Shown here: positions 19,819 to 29,870 of the stretch, one piece after another
How the letters are laid out: the number at the start of each line of letters is the position of its first letter
Numbering within the stretch: the stretch's first letter is position 1
Assembly (NCBI GenBank): GCA_019058015.1
Contig: JAHLWH010000258.1
Location: 34,256-98,255 of the forward strand
DNA: 64,000 bases
DNA from: Promethearchaeota archaeon
GTDB lineage: Archaea; Asgardarchaeota; Lokiarchaeia; Sigyniarchaeales; SOKP01
Direction of reading: 5' to 3'
Program-made: the position numbers and the translations under genes
The notes under the pieces: model-generated
Database searches by the model: none
What the model was told of the DNA's origin: nothing
The model's input: only the letters and a program-made list of their open reading frames with translations

Positions 19819-22800
19819 ATGACTTATATTAAATCAATAATATGTCAAGGTTTTAAGAGCTTTCGAAATAGAACTATAGTATACTTTGACAGAGGATTTT
19901 CCGCAATTGTAGGGGCTAATGGATCAGGAAAATCAAATATTTTAGATGCTTTTGTTTTTGCTCTTGGAGAGTTATCAGGAAACAAAATGAGAGTAAAAAA
20001 TGTGAGAGATTTAATATGTAATGGGGGCTCTGTTGAGAAGAATCCTTCTAATTTTGCGCAAGTTGATATTATTTTCGATAATTCTGATGGAAAAATTCTT
20101 ATTGATAGTAAGGATGTAATTATTTCAAGAAAAATTGATATTAAAGGCAACGGTAATTATTATATTAATAGAAGACGTACAACCAGAAGGGATTTACAAG
20201 ATTTAATGGATTTATGTAATCTTATTCCAAATTCTACAAATCTGATATTACAGGGAGAGTTATTTCGAATAATAAATATGACCAATTTGGAAAGACGAAT
20301 TTTAATTGATGAAATTTCTGGGATTGCATCTTATAATGAAAAAAAGGAAAGCGCAAAAAAACAGTTGGAAAAAGTGGAAGAAAACATATCTCGTATTACC
20401 ATTCTTTTAAACGAAGTTTCTATTCAATTGACCAATCTTGAGTCTGAAAAAAATGATGCACTAGAATATCAACATTTAGATAATGAACAAAAAAATACGG
20501 AAAAAGCCTTATTGATTGTAAAAATTAATTCTATTCGTACAGATATAAGGAAAATTGAAGATAAAAAATTAGCAATTAATCAAGAAATTAATGAAATAGA
20601 AAAAAATATTATAAATAATAGAAATCTCTTAAGTGAAATAAATGAGAATCTCGAATTTATTAATGAAAAGATTAAGAATCTAGAATCTGAAGAATTGTTA
20701 GAATTAACAAAAAAAATTAATGATTTAAAAACAGAAAAAGCGAAATATGAAACTTCAAAGGAACATTTAAATAAAGAAATAGATAAGTTATCGCAAGAAA
20801 TAATCGAATCAGGCAATAAAAAAGAAAATATTCAAAAAGAAAAGCAGAATTTAAAACAAGAATTAATTCAATTCGAGAAAGAAAAAGAGATACATCATAA
20901 TAGTTTAACTATTAAAAATCAAGAATTAGATGTTTTGAAAAAGGAATTAGAAAAAATCGATTCTAACTATATGGAAATTCAACAGCAATTATCAATTTTA
21001 AGAGAAAAAATTTCAAAAGACCAAGAGACAAAAAATCAACTTTATTCCGAAATAAAAGTTCTGGAAAATAAGCAGCAAAATTTCGAAAATATTAAACACA
21101 ATACACATGAGAAAATAACCAAATTAAGAAGGGAACTCCAGAATTTTAAAGAAAACCTAATCCAATTAAATGAAAAAAGAAACGAGCATAAAAAAACAGG
21201 AACTATTACCCATAATATTAAAAATTTAGAAAGTGAAAAAATCAAAATAGATAACGAACTCAAAAGATTACAAGAAATTATCGAAGACAGACATATTCAA
21301 CTCATTTCTCTCAAATCTAAAATAAAAACAATTAAAAATTTTAATCAAAATCGAGCCGTAGAGGCAATTCTAAAAATTAAGGATACAGATATAATAAATG
21401 GAGAAATTTTTGGGACAATATCACAGTTGGGAAAAATTGATTCGAAATATGATATTGCTCTTGAAGTAGCTGGTGGTGCAAAATTAAAATATATAATAGT
21501 AGATTCTCAAAAAACTGCTAAAGAATGTATTCAATATTTGAAAGAAAATAAAATCGGACGTGCTTCATTTATCCCATTGGATAGAATTAAGGTAAATTAC
21601 CCAAATTTTGCAATTAATAATAATGAAAATGTAATCGGTAGAGTTGTTGATTTAATCCAATTTAACTCTCAATTTGTAAAAGCGTTTGAGTTTGTTTTTG
21701 GTAAAACAATAATCGTTAAAGATTTGGAAACAGCAATAAAATTGCCAATAAATGCGAGAAAAGTTACATTAAAAGGAGATATAGTGGAAAGCTCGAATCT
21801 AATGCATGGAGGTTCGCATAAAAAAAGAATAGGATTATCTTTTAAATCTATGGAAGAATCTGAAATTCGAGTACTTGAAGAGGACTTAAATAAACTAAGA
21901 AATAAAGAAAATATGTTACTTTCTGAACTTAAGCAGATTGACATGAAAATAACTGAATATTATAGGACTAGAATTCAAGGAAATAATTCTCTAAACGAAA
22001 TAACCCAACAATTAAATCTTTTTGAAGAAAGAATAAATGAAAAAGAAAATGAATTAAATTCCTTAGAAAGCGAGATTCAAAAAATAGACGATGAAAATAA
22101 TCAAGTTAAAATAAGTTTTGCGGAGAAAAAGAAGATATTAGATGGAATTGTTAATCAAATATCTGATTTAAAAGATCAAGAGAAAAAATTACAGGAAGGG
22201 ATTCAAAATAGTAAAAATATTAAAATAAAAAATGATATTCAAACTTTAGAAGAAGAAACAAGTCACCTTACAAGTAAAGTTTCAGAACTTGAATTAAAAA
22301 TTACAAAAATCAAAGCAAAATTAGAAGATTTCATTGAAAATCGCATTAAAGAAATTGAACAAACGATTTCTAAAAACGAAGAAACAATCAAAATTAATTT
22401 ATCTGAAATTGAATCCATTGATGGGTCTCTTACATCAATAAATTCAGAAATACAAACAATTAATGAGAAAATATTGGAAGAAAATCAGATTCTTGGGCAA
22501 TATATAGCTGAAAAAAATCAATTATTAAAAAAAATTACAGATCTAAGAATAAAAATTGAAGAAATGAAATCATCAATTCATCCTAAGTCACTTCAAGTTA
22601 ATACATTGGAAAATAAAATAGAAAATCTAATTGAACAATTACACGAATTTAAAACTGAATTCGGGGAAAACTTCGAACATTTTTTTAATGAAGATAATAA
22701 TATTATCCCTGAAGAAATTAGACAAAAGTTATCCTTATCTCAACAGAAGTTGGAAGAAATCATTAAAAACTGCATAGAAAAGAAAGTTTTACTAGAACCA

Positions 22801-23406
22801 GTTAATATGAGAGCAATTGAGAAATATGATAAAATAAAGAATCGATATGATGATTTAATTGAGAAACATGAACAAATTGCAACCGAACGACAAGCTATTC
22901 TTAATTTTATTGATCAGATTGAAACAGAGAAAAAAGATGTTTTTATGAGAACTTTTAATAAAATAAATGAAAATTTCGGTATGATTTTTTCAAAATTAAG
23001 TCTAAATGGAGAAGCCAAGCTAGAATTAGAAAATCATGATGATCCTTTTGAGGGCGGCCTAATAATAATGGCTCGACCGGGAAGTAAAAAGTGGTGTCTA
23101 ACTCGGTCAATGTCTGGTGGAGAAAAAACACTCACAATTATTGCCCTGATATTGGGAATTCAACAATATGTTCCTTCACCTTATTATATTTTAGACGAGA
23201 TTGATGCATGTTTAGATGAGGCTAATACAATACTTGTTGCAGATATGATTAAAGAATTATCCCTTAAATCGCAATTTATTCTAATCACTCATAGAGAACC
23301 AACTATGGAAAGAAGCGACCAGTTATTAGGAATTTCAATCACCGATGGTATTAGTCAAGTTGTCAATATTAATATAGTGGAGGCTTTAGCGCAAATTGCT
23401 GAGTAA
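19819..23406 (+). CDS. smc: Chromosome segregation protein SMC
   Basis: GFKSF, GANGSGKSN, ILQG Q-loop, hinge GRASFIPL/TLKGD..GG, PVNMRAI, MSGGE, LDEIDACLD, ITH. Confidence 0.96.
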   Translation: MTYIKSIICQGFKSFRNRTIVYFDRGFSAIVGANGSGKSNILDAFVFALGELSGNKMRVKNVRDLICNGGSVEKNPSNFAQVDIIFDNSDGKILIDSKDVIISRKIDIKGNGNYYINRRRTTRRDLQDLMDLCNLIPNSTNLILQGELFRIINMTNLERRILIDEISGIASYNEKKESAKKQLEKVEENISRITILLNEVSIQLTNLESEKNDALEYQHLDNEQKNTEKALLIVKINSIRTDIRKIEDKKLAINQEINEIEKNIINNRNLLSEINENLEFINEKIKNLESEELLELTKKINDLKTEKAKYETSKEHLNKEIDKLSQEIIESGNKKENIQKEKQNLKQELIQFEKEKEIHHNSLTIKNQELDVLKKELEKIDSNYMEIQQQLSILREKISKDQETKNQLYSEIKVLENKQQNFENIKHNTHEKITKLRRELQNFKENLIQLNEKRNEHKKTGTITHNIKNLESEKIKIDNELKRLQEIIEDRHIQLISLKSKIKTIKNFNQNRAVEAILKIKDTDIINGEIFGTISQLGKIDSKYDIALEVAGGAKLKYIIVDSQKTAKECIQYLKENKIGRASFIPLDRIKVNYPNFAINNNENVIGRVVDLIQFNSQFVKAFEFVFGKTIIVKDLETAIKLPINARKVTLKGDIVESSNLMHGGSHKKRIGLSFKSMEESEIRVLEEDLNKLRNKENMLLSELKQIDMKITEYYRTRIQGNNSLNEITQQLNLFEERINEKENELNSLESEIQKIDDENNQVKISFAEKKKILDGIVNQISDLKDQEKKLQEGIQNSKNIKIKNDIQTLEEETSHLTSKVSELELKITKIKAKLEDFIENRIKEIEQTISKNEETIKINLSEIESIDGSLTSINSEIQTINEKILEENQILGQYIAEKNQLLKKITDLRIKIEEMKSSIHPKSLQVNTLENKIENLIEQLHEFKTEFGENFEHFFNEDNNIIPEEIRQKLSLSQQKLEEIIKNCIEKKVLLEPVNMRAIEKYDKIKNRYDDLIEKHEQIATERQAILNFIDQIETEKKDVFMRTFNKINENFGMIFSKLSLNGEAKLELENHDDPFEGGLIIMARPGSKKWCLTRSMSGGEKTLTIIALILGIQQYVPSPYYILDEIDACLDEANTILVADMIKELSLKSQFILITHREPTMERSDQLLGISITDGISQVVNINIVEALAQIAE

Positions 23407-23989
23407 TCAAATTGAAAATGGATTCAGTAATAAAGATATTAATTTCAATTGTGAAGATTCAGCATTTATTGATAAAGCAGAAATATATTTAAGACAAATT
23501 TTAGAATATGATGAATTTAAAAGAACTATAGAATCCATTTTATTTCAAGCACGACGTCCTGTTAAAATACGAGAATTTTTAAAAATTTTAACAAAAACCT
23601 CAAAAGAAAGAATAATAAAAGCAATCTCAGATATTCAAAAAGAATATAAATTATTTAATACCGTATTAAAAATTGTAGAATATGCCGATCAACGATTTGA
23701 ATTAATCGTAAAAAAAGAGATAATAAATACAGTCGAAAAATTTACACTCGGCGACTTATTCAATCAATTTGAAATTAAAATATTAACATATGTGATTTTT
23801 AAGCACTCCAAGGTAAGTAAGAGAGAAATTGCTTCCAAATTTGGAAGTTCAGCATATAATTATATAAAAACTTTAAAAAAGAAAGGATTTATTGAAGAAA
23901 ACAACAAAATGGTTTTTCTAACTACTCACTTTTATGATTATTTTGAATTAAAGGATAACTCACCAATTAATCTTAAAGAATTTCTGTAG
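23396..23989 (+). CDS. scpB: ScpB-like (kite) SMC partner
   Basis: IESILFQARRPV N-terminal motif, second winged helix, LTTHFYDYFEL resembling the ScpB TTxxFLxxFGL motif; overlaps the smc stop. Confidence 0.75.
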   Translation: MLSNQIENGFSNKDINFNCEDSAFIDKAEIYLRQILEYDEFKRTIESILFQARRPVKIREFLKILTKTSKERIIKAISDIQKEYKLFNTVLKIVEYADQRFELIVKKEIINTVEKFTLGDLFNQFEIKILTYVIFKHSKVSKREIASKFGSSAYNYIKTLKKKGFIEENNKMVFLTTHFYDYFELKDNSPINLKEFL

Positions 23990-24025
23990 AAATTTTCAAA
24001 TGCAAAATAGTACCTAATAATTTCA

Positions 24026-24141
24026 ATTTGATAAAAGATTGTTTCCTTTTCATATAAGTCTTTAAATTTATCATCCTCATCTTATCTAAAATACGGAGCG
24101 ATAAAAAAACAACATTTTTATGTCCTTTATTTGATAAATTT
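24026..24141 (-). pseudogene. Decayed second copy of the vWA gene 3' end
   Basis: Aligns by eye with 24860-24976. Translates NKGHKNV.FFIAPYFR*DEDDKFKDLYEKETIFYQI versus NKGHKIVGFFISPYIGEDKDKRFKELYDKGAIFYQI. Confidence 0.8.
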
Positions 24142-24145
24142 ATTA

Positions 24146-24745
24146 TTAAGTGTTATCAAAAATTATTAAATAATCTGAGCCAATCTCTTTAATATACAAT
24201 GGATTAAAATCCGAAAAGAATTTAAAAGCATCTTCTTTATTATCAAAATATTTCATTCTTTCATCATAACTATTAATTCCATCACTATCCCCTATGAGTG
24301 TATCAAATACTTTATATAAAAAATATATAGTTCTATTTTTTATTTTAACTATAGCTGATTTTGACTCTAAAACAATAAGTCTTTTTGTTTTTTCTTTAGC
24401 TGTTATTAATAGTTCTTTATGCCTGGGCATTACATGATGAAGTAGATCACAGATAACAATCACATCTGAAGTTGGATAGTCATCAAAATCAAAAACATTT
24501 TTATATTTGGTATTAATTCCTTTCATATTTTTTAAAAATTTTTCATTTAAATCCCATCCTTCATATTCACACGATTTATCTAAAAATTTATATAATAATC
24601 CAGTTCCACATCCTAAATCCAAAACTTTTTTATTTTTTCCAATACTTCTTGCAATTTCTTTATATCTAAATAAAAAATATTTTCTGTGAATTATTCTCAG
24701 AAAAAAATTGTAAATTTTTGGAGAAAGATACATAACTGACTTCAT
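24146..24745 (-). CDS. Class I SAM-dependent methyltransferase
   Basis: VLDLGCGTG, GWD, DVIVICDLLHH. Confidence 0.85.
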   Translation of the reverse strand: MKSVMYLSPKIYNFFLRIIHRKYFLFRYKEIARSIGKNKKVLDLGCGTGLLYKFLDKSCEYEGWDLNEKFLKNMKGINTKYKNVFDFDDYPTSDVIVICDLLHHVMPRHKELLITAKEKTKRLIVLESKSAIVKIKNRTIYFLYKVFDTLIGDSDGINSYDERMKYFDNKEDAFKFFSDFNPLYIKEIGSDYLIIFDNT

Positions 24746-24801
24746 AATTAATCATTTTGGTAGAAATTCATCCTAAGTCTTATTATATAAAGAATATATT
24801 C

Positions 24802-26556
24802 TTAATAAATTTTTTTTACTTCTTTAATAACTAAATCTATCAAATCACTAACATTTGAAATTTGATAAAAGATTGCTCCCTTATCGTATAACTCTTTAAA
24901 CCTTTTATCCTTATCTTCTCCGATATATGGACTGATAAAAAAACCAACAATTTTATGTCCTTTATTTAATAATTTTAACATTCCTTTTCTTGCAGATTTC
25001 CAATTATATAACCCAAAATCTGTAATTAAGATGATTAAAATATTCTTTTCTGCCTTCTCTGCTAATTTTTCCATAGATTTTATGGGTAAAACCGTTCCAC
25101 TTCCTTGATATTTTAATAGTCTTTTTTCCGCCTTGGTATAATCAAATGTCCAATCACAAATATCAGCTCTACCTGAAAAATTGATGATACTGAATTTACA
25201 CCCTTTTTTAGCAACATAATGTAATACCGCGAATGCTGCTACTAAGGCAATATGATATGGTGATTTTGAATTCTTACTTATTCTTTTAGAATATGACCAA
25301 TTCATGGAACCAGATGAATCTAAAACAATCATTAAATCTGGAAGTTGTTTTTCTTGCATAATTCCCGGTCCTTCTATAGAAACCCACTTTTTTGTAGTAA
25401 TATTAGGAATAAGTTTGGGGTAATTCAATAAACTTTGAACAACATCAAGTTCTTCTAGAGGGTCTCCAATCCTCCAAGTTTCCGGATATGCCGGCATTAA
25501 TCCACTTGGTTTTTTCTCATATAATTTAATTGAAATTAAGTCTTTAGCCAAACCTCGATACCATGTATTTAATACTTCCCCATTTTTTAAAATTCCCGCT
25601 TGCACTGCTGGTGATCCAAATTCATTCAAACTCTTTTCTTTTGCGAATTCTTCGGCTTTCCTATTTTTCGCATCCTCATTATTACTTTTAATCCTATCTG
25701 AATTCCGATTTTCTAATGGATTTCCCATTATTTGAACAATTTCTTCAGGCATTTCTATAATATTTCCTTTACCATCATCAGAAAATCTACGAGCATTTCC
25801 TTCAGTACAGGAGTTTGCCCCAATTCCGATAAGTGTAAATGTATCATTAACAATTGGTTTCAATATTGCAGCAATTTTTCTTGTTTTTTCCGCCCATTTT
25901 GAATCATCTTCAAAATTCTTACTAATAATTTTAGTAATTCTCTTTGCAGTATTATTTACTTCCCTGAAATCATATTTTTCATCGATTTTTTGATTCCATA
26001 AGAGTTCATAACATCTAAAGATCAATTCGGCAAAAGGTGCAATTTTCTTTTTCTTACCCATAATTCCATTAAAGGTGTGTTGTGCTTCCCATAACATATC
26101 CTCTGGATATTTCTGATGTAATTTTGTGTCTATAATTAAATCAGCAAAAAAATTTACGACGATCGGAGCAAAAATATTCGAAACCGATTTCATTGCCGCA
26201 CTTAATAGACGTGCATTTATTAACCCATCATAAGGAATAAGATCATAATGTCCAATTTCGTGCATAGCATTAACAAAAAAATATCTTACGTAATCATTAT
26301 TTTCTATAAACAATGGTGCTTGAGCTAAATTCATAGTTATTTGCCATTGTTCAGATATGTCAATATAAAACCCTTCAATACGAGTGTAATCAAATTTAAA
26401 GTTTGGAATTGATAAAGGTGGGAAAAAATATTCTTCTAAAGCCTTAGACCATGCGATTCCTGCAAGATCTCTTAGTTTTTCTTCATTTTGTAGTAATATT
26501 TTTTTAGAGACTTCTTTTCGACTCTTGAGTTTTACCTTTTTTGATTTAGGTGGCAG
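24802..26556 (-). CDS. vWA-domain protein with N-terminal HExxH metallopeptidase-like domain; probable CTG start
   Basis: AMHEIGHY and NFFADLII motifs; MIDAS LDSSGS, GSGT, ITDFG. The frame stays open 74 codons upstream of the track start to CTG at 26556, with GAGGAG 9 nt upstream. Confidence 0.82.
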   Translation of the reverse strand: MPPKSKKVKLKSRKEVSKKILLQNEEKLRDLAGIAWSKALEEYFFPPLSIPNFKFDYTRIEGFYIDISEQWQITMNLAQAPLFIENNDYVRYFFVNAMHEIGHYDLIPYDGLINARLLSAAMKSVSNIFAPIVVNFFADLIIDTKLHQKYPEDMLWEAQHTFNGIMGKKKKIAPFAELIFRCYELLWNQKIDEKYDFREVNNTAKRITKIISKNFEDDSKWAEKTRKIAAILKPIVNDTFTLIGIGANSCTEGNARRFSDDGKGNIIEMPEEIVQIMGNPLENRNSDRIKSNNEDAKNRKAEEFAKEKSLNEFGSPAVQAGILKNGEVLNTWYRGLAKDLISIKLYEKKPSGLMPAYPETWRIGDPLEELDVVQSLLNYPKLIPNITTKKWVSIEGPGIMQEKQLPDLMIVLDSSGSMNWSYSKRISKNSKSPYHIALVAAFAVLHYVAKKGCKFSIINFSGRADICDWTFDYTKAEKRLLKYQGSGTVLPIKSMEKLAEKAEKNILIILITDFGLYNWKSARKGMLKLLNKGHKIVGFFISPYIGEDKDKRFKELYDKGAIFYQISNVSDLIDLVIKEVKKIY

Positions 26557-28302
26557 CTATTCGTTCTCCTCGATAAAAGGTTCTTTTTCAATTAGTTTTT
26601 TCAATTTTAAAGCATCTGATCCTCCAGAAATACCAAAATTCACCGTTGAATTCTCACTTGTACCAGAAACATTTATCTCAATTAATAAATCTTTAGTCCT
26701 GATTTGTTTCGTTTGCCGTTTCTCAAAAGACTGTTTAATCAATTCATCCAACTCAGGAAATTCAACGGCTATTGAAGCCCATATATCTTGCCAATATTTA
26801 TATTTGAAATTAAAAACCCTTATGGTTTGTTTATATAATTCTTCATTGCAACGATTTATTAAATCCCCGCGATTTGGAAATTCAATGTTTTCTAATAAAT
26901 CATCTTTAATTTTAGAAAGTATTTCAATATCATTTCTCTTTGAAGCAGCTGTAATTTCTTTCGCAACTTCTGCATATTTTTTATTATTTAATGTTTTAAT
27001 TAGTGGGTCTAAATCTTGTTTCACTATTAAATCATTATTAACATATTTCTTTAATGTCTGCAAATCGGTCTCTGAACCTTCGCCTAATCTAAATTTATCT
27101 AAAACATCATAAGCCTCTTTTCGCTTTAAATATCTCTTTCTAACATTATCAATTAAATCTTTTGTATAATACAATTTATTTCCATAATATGGACTAGCAT
27201 TCAATTCTCTATCAGTGAAATTAACTCTATGTGAAATCACATATGGTGCAATATTTACTACTAAAGGGAGTTCTATATTATTTAATCCCAATAACCATGC
27301 CAATGCTTTTGAATATCTCAGAAGATCTTTTGCTACTCTAACGCTTAATATTGAAGAAACCTTATTACAAATATTTACCTTCGTGTTAAAATGACAACCG
27401 GAACATAAACCTTCACCCGGTTTTAATTCCTCAATATTTCCTTTATCAATTCGCATACATAAAGTAAACTCACGAATTATTGCATGAATGATATTATTAG
27501 CATCTGTGGTGCAATCTATCTTATCAACTTGATACCAGATCTCCATAAGTTCATCAAGCGTTAATACCTGAGGCACTTGAACAAGTTCATCGTAGCCACT
27601 ATATTTTTCATCTCTACCTTTTAATATTATTTGAAGATCATGACTTGTTGGCATGGAAATTGGAACTGATATACCAAACCTATCTAGAAAAGGTTCCGAT
27701 AATTCAAAAGTTCCTACATCTTGAGGATTTATTGTTGCATATAAACAAAATTTTGAAATATTTTTGACCTCATCAAAATATTTAACTTGCCCCTCAGCCA
27801 ACAATGATAATAATATGTCCTGAGCATATGGAGACAACCGATTCACTTCATCAATTATTTTCCAGAAATCTATTACAAATCTTCTCCAACTGACTATTTC
27901 CTTTCCTTGCATCAATTCCCCTAATTTTAAAGTTCCTATTAACTTTTCCTCCGTTAGTTGTGGATGCCCTCGAATTATTGAAGCTTCTATTTCTTTAAGT
28001 GATTTCCCGGTAACCATTCTGCCTAATAACTTACAAATTGAGGTTTTACCACCACCATGTCCTCCAATTAATAACATTGCGGAATTGGGAGCTATTGCGT
28101 TAAGCATACAGATTGTTAATATTTCCGGAAGACTTCTTTTTTCTACTTTTTTCTTTCCCTCTGGAGTGAAAGATATTTCAATATTACGTGAATGAACAAA
28201 TAACTGATTTGCTTCAAGTAAATTTATAATCTTCCAAATTTTTTTGCGCAGTAAATTGCTATTTAACTCCTTATTCTGAACTAAGCTTTTTTTTGTCGTC
28301 AA
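26557..28302 (-). CDS. MoxR-like AAA+ ATPase
   Basis: GGHGGGKT, IIDEVNR, ATINP, FLDRF, SVR; a Cys-rich insert CSGCHF..C; directly upstream of the vWA gene. Confidence 0.88.
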   Translation of the reverse strand: MTTKKSLVQNKELNSNLLRKKIWKIINLLEANQLFVHSRNIEISFTPEGKKKVEKRSLPEILTICMLNAIAPNSAMLLIGGHGGGKTSICKLLGRMVTGKSLKEIEASIIRGHPQLTEEKLIGTLKLGELMQGKEIVSWRRFVIDFWKIIDEVNRLSPYAQDILLSLLAEGQVKYFDEVKNISKFCLYATINPQDVGTFELSEPFLDRFGISVPISMPTSHDLQIILKGRDEKYSGYDELVQVPQVLTLDELMEIWYQVDKIDCTTDANNIIHAIIREFTLCMRIDKGNIEELKPGEGLCSGCHFNTKVNICNKVSSILSVRVAKDLLRYSKALAWLLGLNNIELPLVVNIAPYVISHRVNFTDRELNASPYYGNKLYYTKDLIDNVRKRYLKRKEAYDVLDKFRLGEGSETDLQTLKKYVNNDLIVKQDLDPLIKTLNNKKYAEVAKEITAASKRNDIEILSKIKDDLLENIEFPNRGDLINRCNEELYKQTIRVFNFKYKYWQDIWASIAVEFPELDELIKQSFEKRQTKQIRTKDLLIEINVSGTSENSTVNFGISGGSDALKLKKLIEKEPFIEENE

Positions 28303-28487
28303 ATTCTTTCAAATATTAAGTTTGATGAATAAATTCAGTTTTATAGTTAGCAAAAATAATAAATCCTATAAATTTTTGTATCATTTGATATTATCTTTGA
28401 ATTTTTTATAATTTTCACTTTTTTAGAAAATCTGTTGTCTTGTTAAATTTAAATACACATTTTGTTCATTTATTATAAGAAAGAATT

Positions 28488-28635
28488 GGATTTGCATCGG
28501 ACTCCGAGGGTATCCCTCAATTGTGAAAGAGGGCACTCATATCGAGAGAATAAAGTATTCCCAAATGCTCTTATCGCGGATGGGATAGAGGCTATCGGAC
28601 TGTAGCCACAAATAATTTATCAAAAACATAGTTGA
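28488..28635 (+). mobile_element. Remnant of an IS200/IS605-type tnpB 3' end (reRNA-like region) with hairpins
   Basis: GC-rich patch in an AT-rich intergene. 28552-28635 translates KVFPNALIADGIEAIGL*PQ, resembling the TnpB C-terminal tail as I recall it (RKxxPNAFADGIEGVGLHP). Hairpins CCCTC/GAGGG and GGCTA/TAGCC. Confidence 0.6.
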
Positions 28636-28793
28636 TAATATTATTTGAAATATGATTTATCTACTTTAATAAGTTTTAATGGTCTACATAATTAAGAAAT
28701 TCTATTTATAAAAATATATTTTTAATGGGACAATGGTGCAATATTAAGATCATAGAATTGTTCTTTATATGATATTTTTTAATATTTAATTCT

Positions 28794-29870
28794 TTAATAG
28801 AATCCGTAATAATTGGAAATAGTATTTTCAGAAGGTTTACCTTTAGGAGTCCATCCGTTATTATTCCAACCACCACCTACATCATGTGTAGTTGGATTGT
28901 CCCACCACCAAATAAACATTCCATCTAGCCATTGCCTACTCGGTGCCGTCGAGAAGAGTGCTTTATAACAGAGGTCTTGGGCATTGGTATCTATTGTACT
29001 TTTACCGGTATCAGCAGGATTTTCCCAGCATATTGGTTGAGATTCATAACCTACTTCCGTAAAAATTATCTGCATTTCGTTAAAATTTGATAAATTATAC
29101 CATTCTTCGATGTCATTTAAAGCTAAGTTCCAACCATTAATTAAATCGGAAAGATTAGGATTATTTCCTTCATATAATGGAAAATAAGCATCAATTCCAA
29201 CATAATCTAGCAAATTCCAGAAGCAAACAGAATTATAATTTGACCAATCTGCAGCATAAGTTAAATTACCTGAATAATGATTCCTGATGCCAGTTATAGT
29301 ATCCAACCAATCATTGTAACGCATTGTATCACTCGATTTATACTCACAACCGATGCAATATAATTCAACATTCTCATCTTCAGCTATTTCTGCATAGTGC
29401 CAGATAAACTTTTGATAAGAACTAAACCAAGCACTCCAATTCAAGGGTTGAAATTCTGCACGCCAGGTTTCGTCTCGGGCGTCAACATATGGTTTTAGCA
29501 TTACATTTTTATTTTTTAAATGCAAATATTGTATCGCATAACGGATACTAGCATCTGAAGGAGACTCCTCAGCATGCGGCGCTATAATGGTCGAAATTCC
29601 ATTTTCTTGATACCATATCGGAATTAACGCCACCCATTCGGAGTTTGTAGCCAGCATTCGATCAATATTATCATACTCATTCTTATTAAGCAATAGATCG
29701 GTCGCAAACGGAACATAAGTTATTCCTCTTTGAAAATTAGGATTTTGTGAAATTATTGGATTATAGAAATCAGATTCTGAATCAACAAAAATTCTTATAA
29801 TTGCAAATGAGAGAGAAACAATTATAATTATACTAAATAAAAATATTAATACTCGCTTGTTATTAGGCAT
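28794..29870 (-). CDS. Membrane-anchored glycoside hydrolase, GH113-like TIM barrel
   Basis: N-terminal TM, VMLKP, WRA, GCE (acid/base), TYAADW, DYVGIDAYFPL, FTEVGY (nucleophile), GMFIW. Confidence 0.8.
   Translation of the reverse strand: MPNNKRVLIFLFSIIIIVSLSFAIIRIFVDSESDFYNPIISQNPNFQRGITYVPFATDLLLNKNEYDNIDRMLATNSEWVALIPIWYQENGISTIIAPHAEESPSDASIRYAIQYLHLKNKNVMLKPYVDARDETWRAEFQPLNWSAWFSSYQKFIWHYAEIAEDENVELYCIGCEYKSSDTMRYNDWLDTITGIRNHYSGNLTYAADWSNYNSVCFWNLLDYVGIDAYFPLYEGNNPNLSDLINGWNLALNDIEEWYNLSNFNEMQIIFTEVGYESQPICWENPADTGKSTIDTNAQDLCYKALFSTAPSRQWLDGMFIWWWDNPTTHDVGGGWNNNGWTPKGKPSENTISNYYGFY

Noticed and set aside
28488-28612. GC-rich intergenic patch as tRNA, 5S rRNA, H/ACA RNA or a ~40-codon ORF
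   Set aside because: No cloverleaf or 5S consensus; the ACA follows only a 5-bp stem; a tnpB-tail origin explains the peptide and hairpin better.
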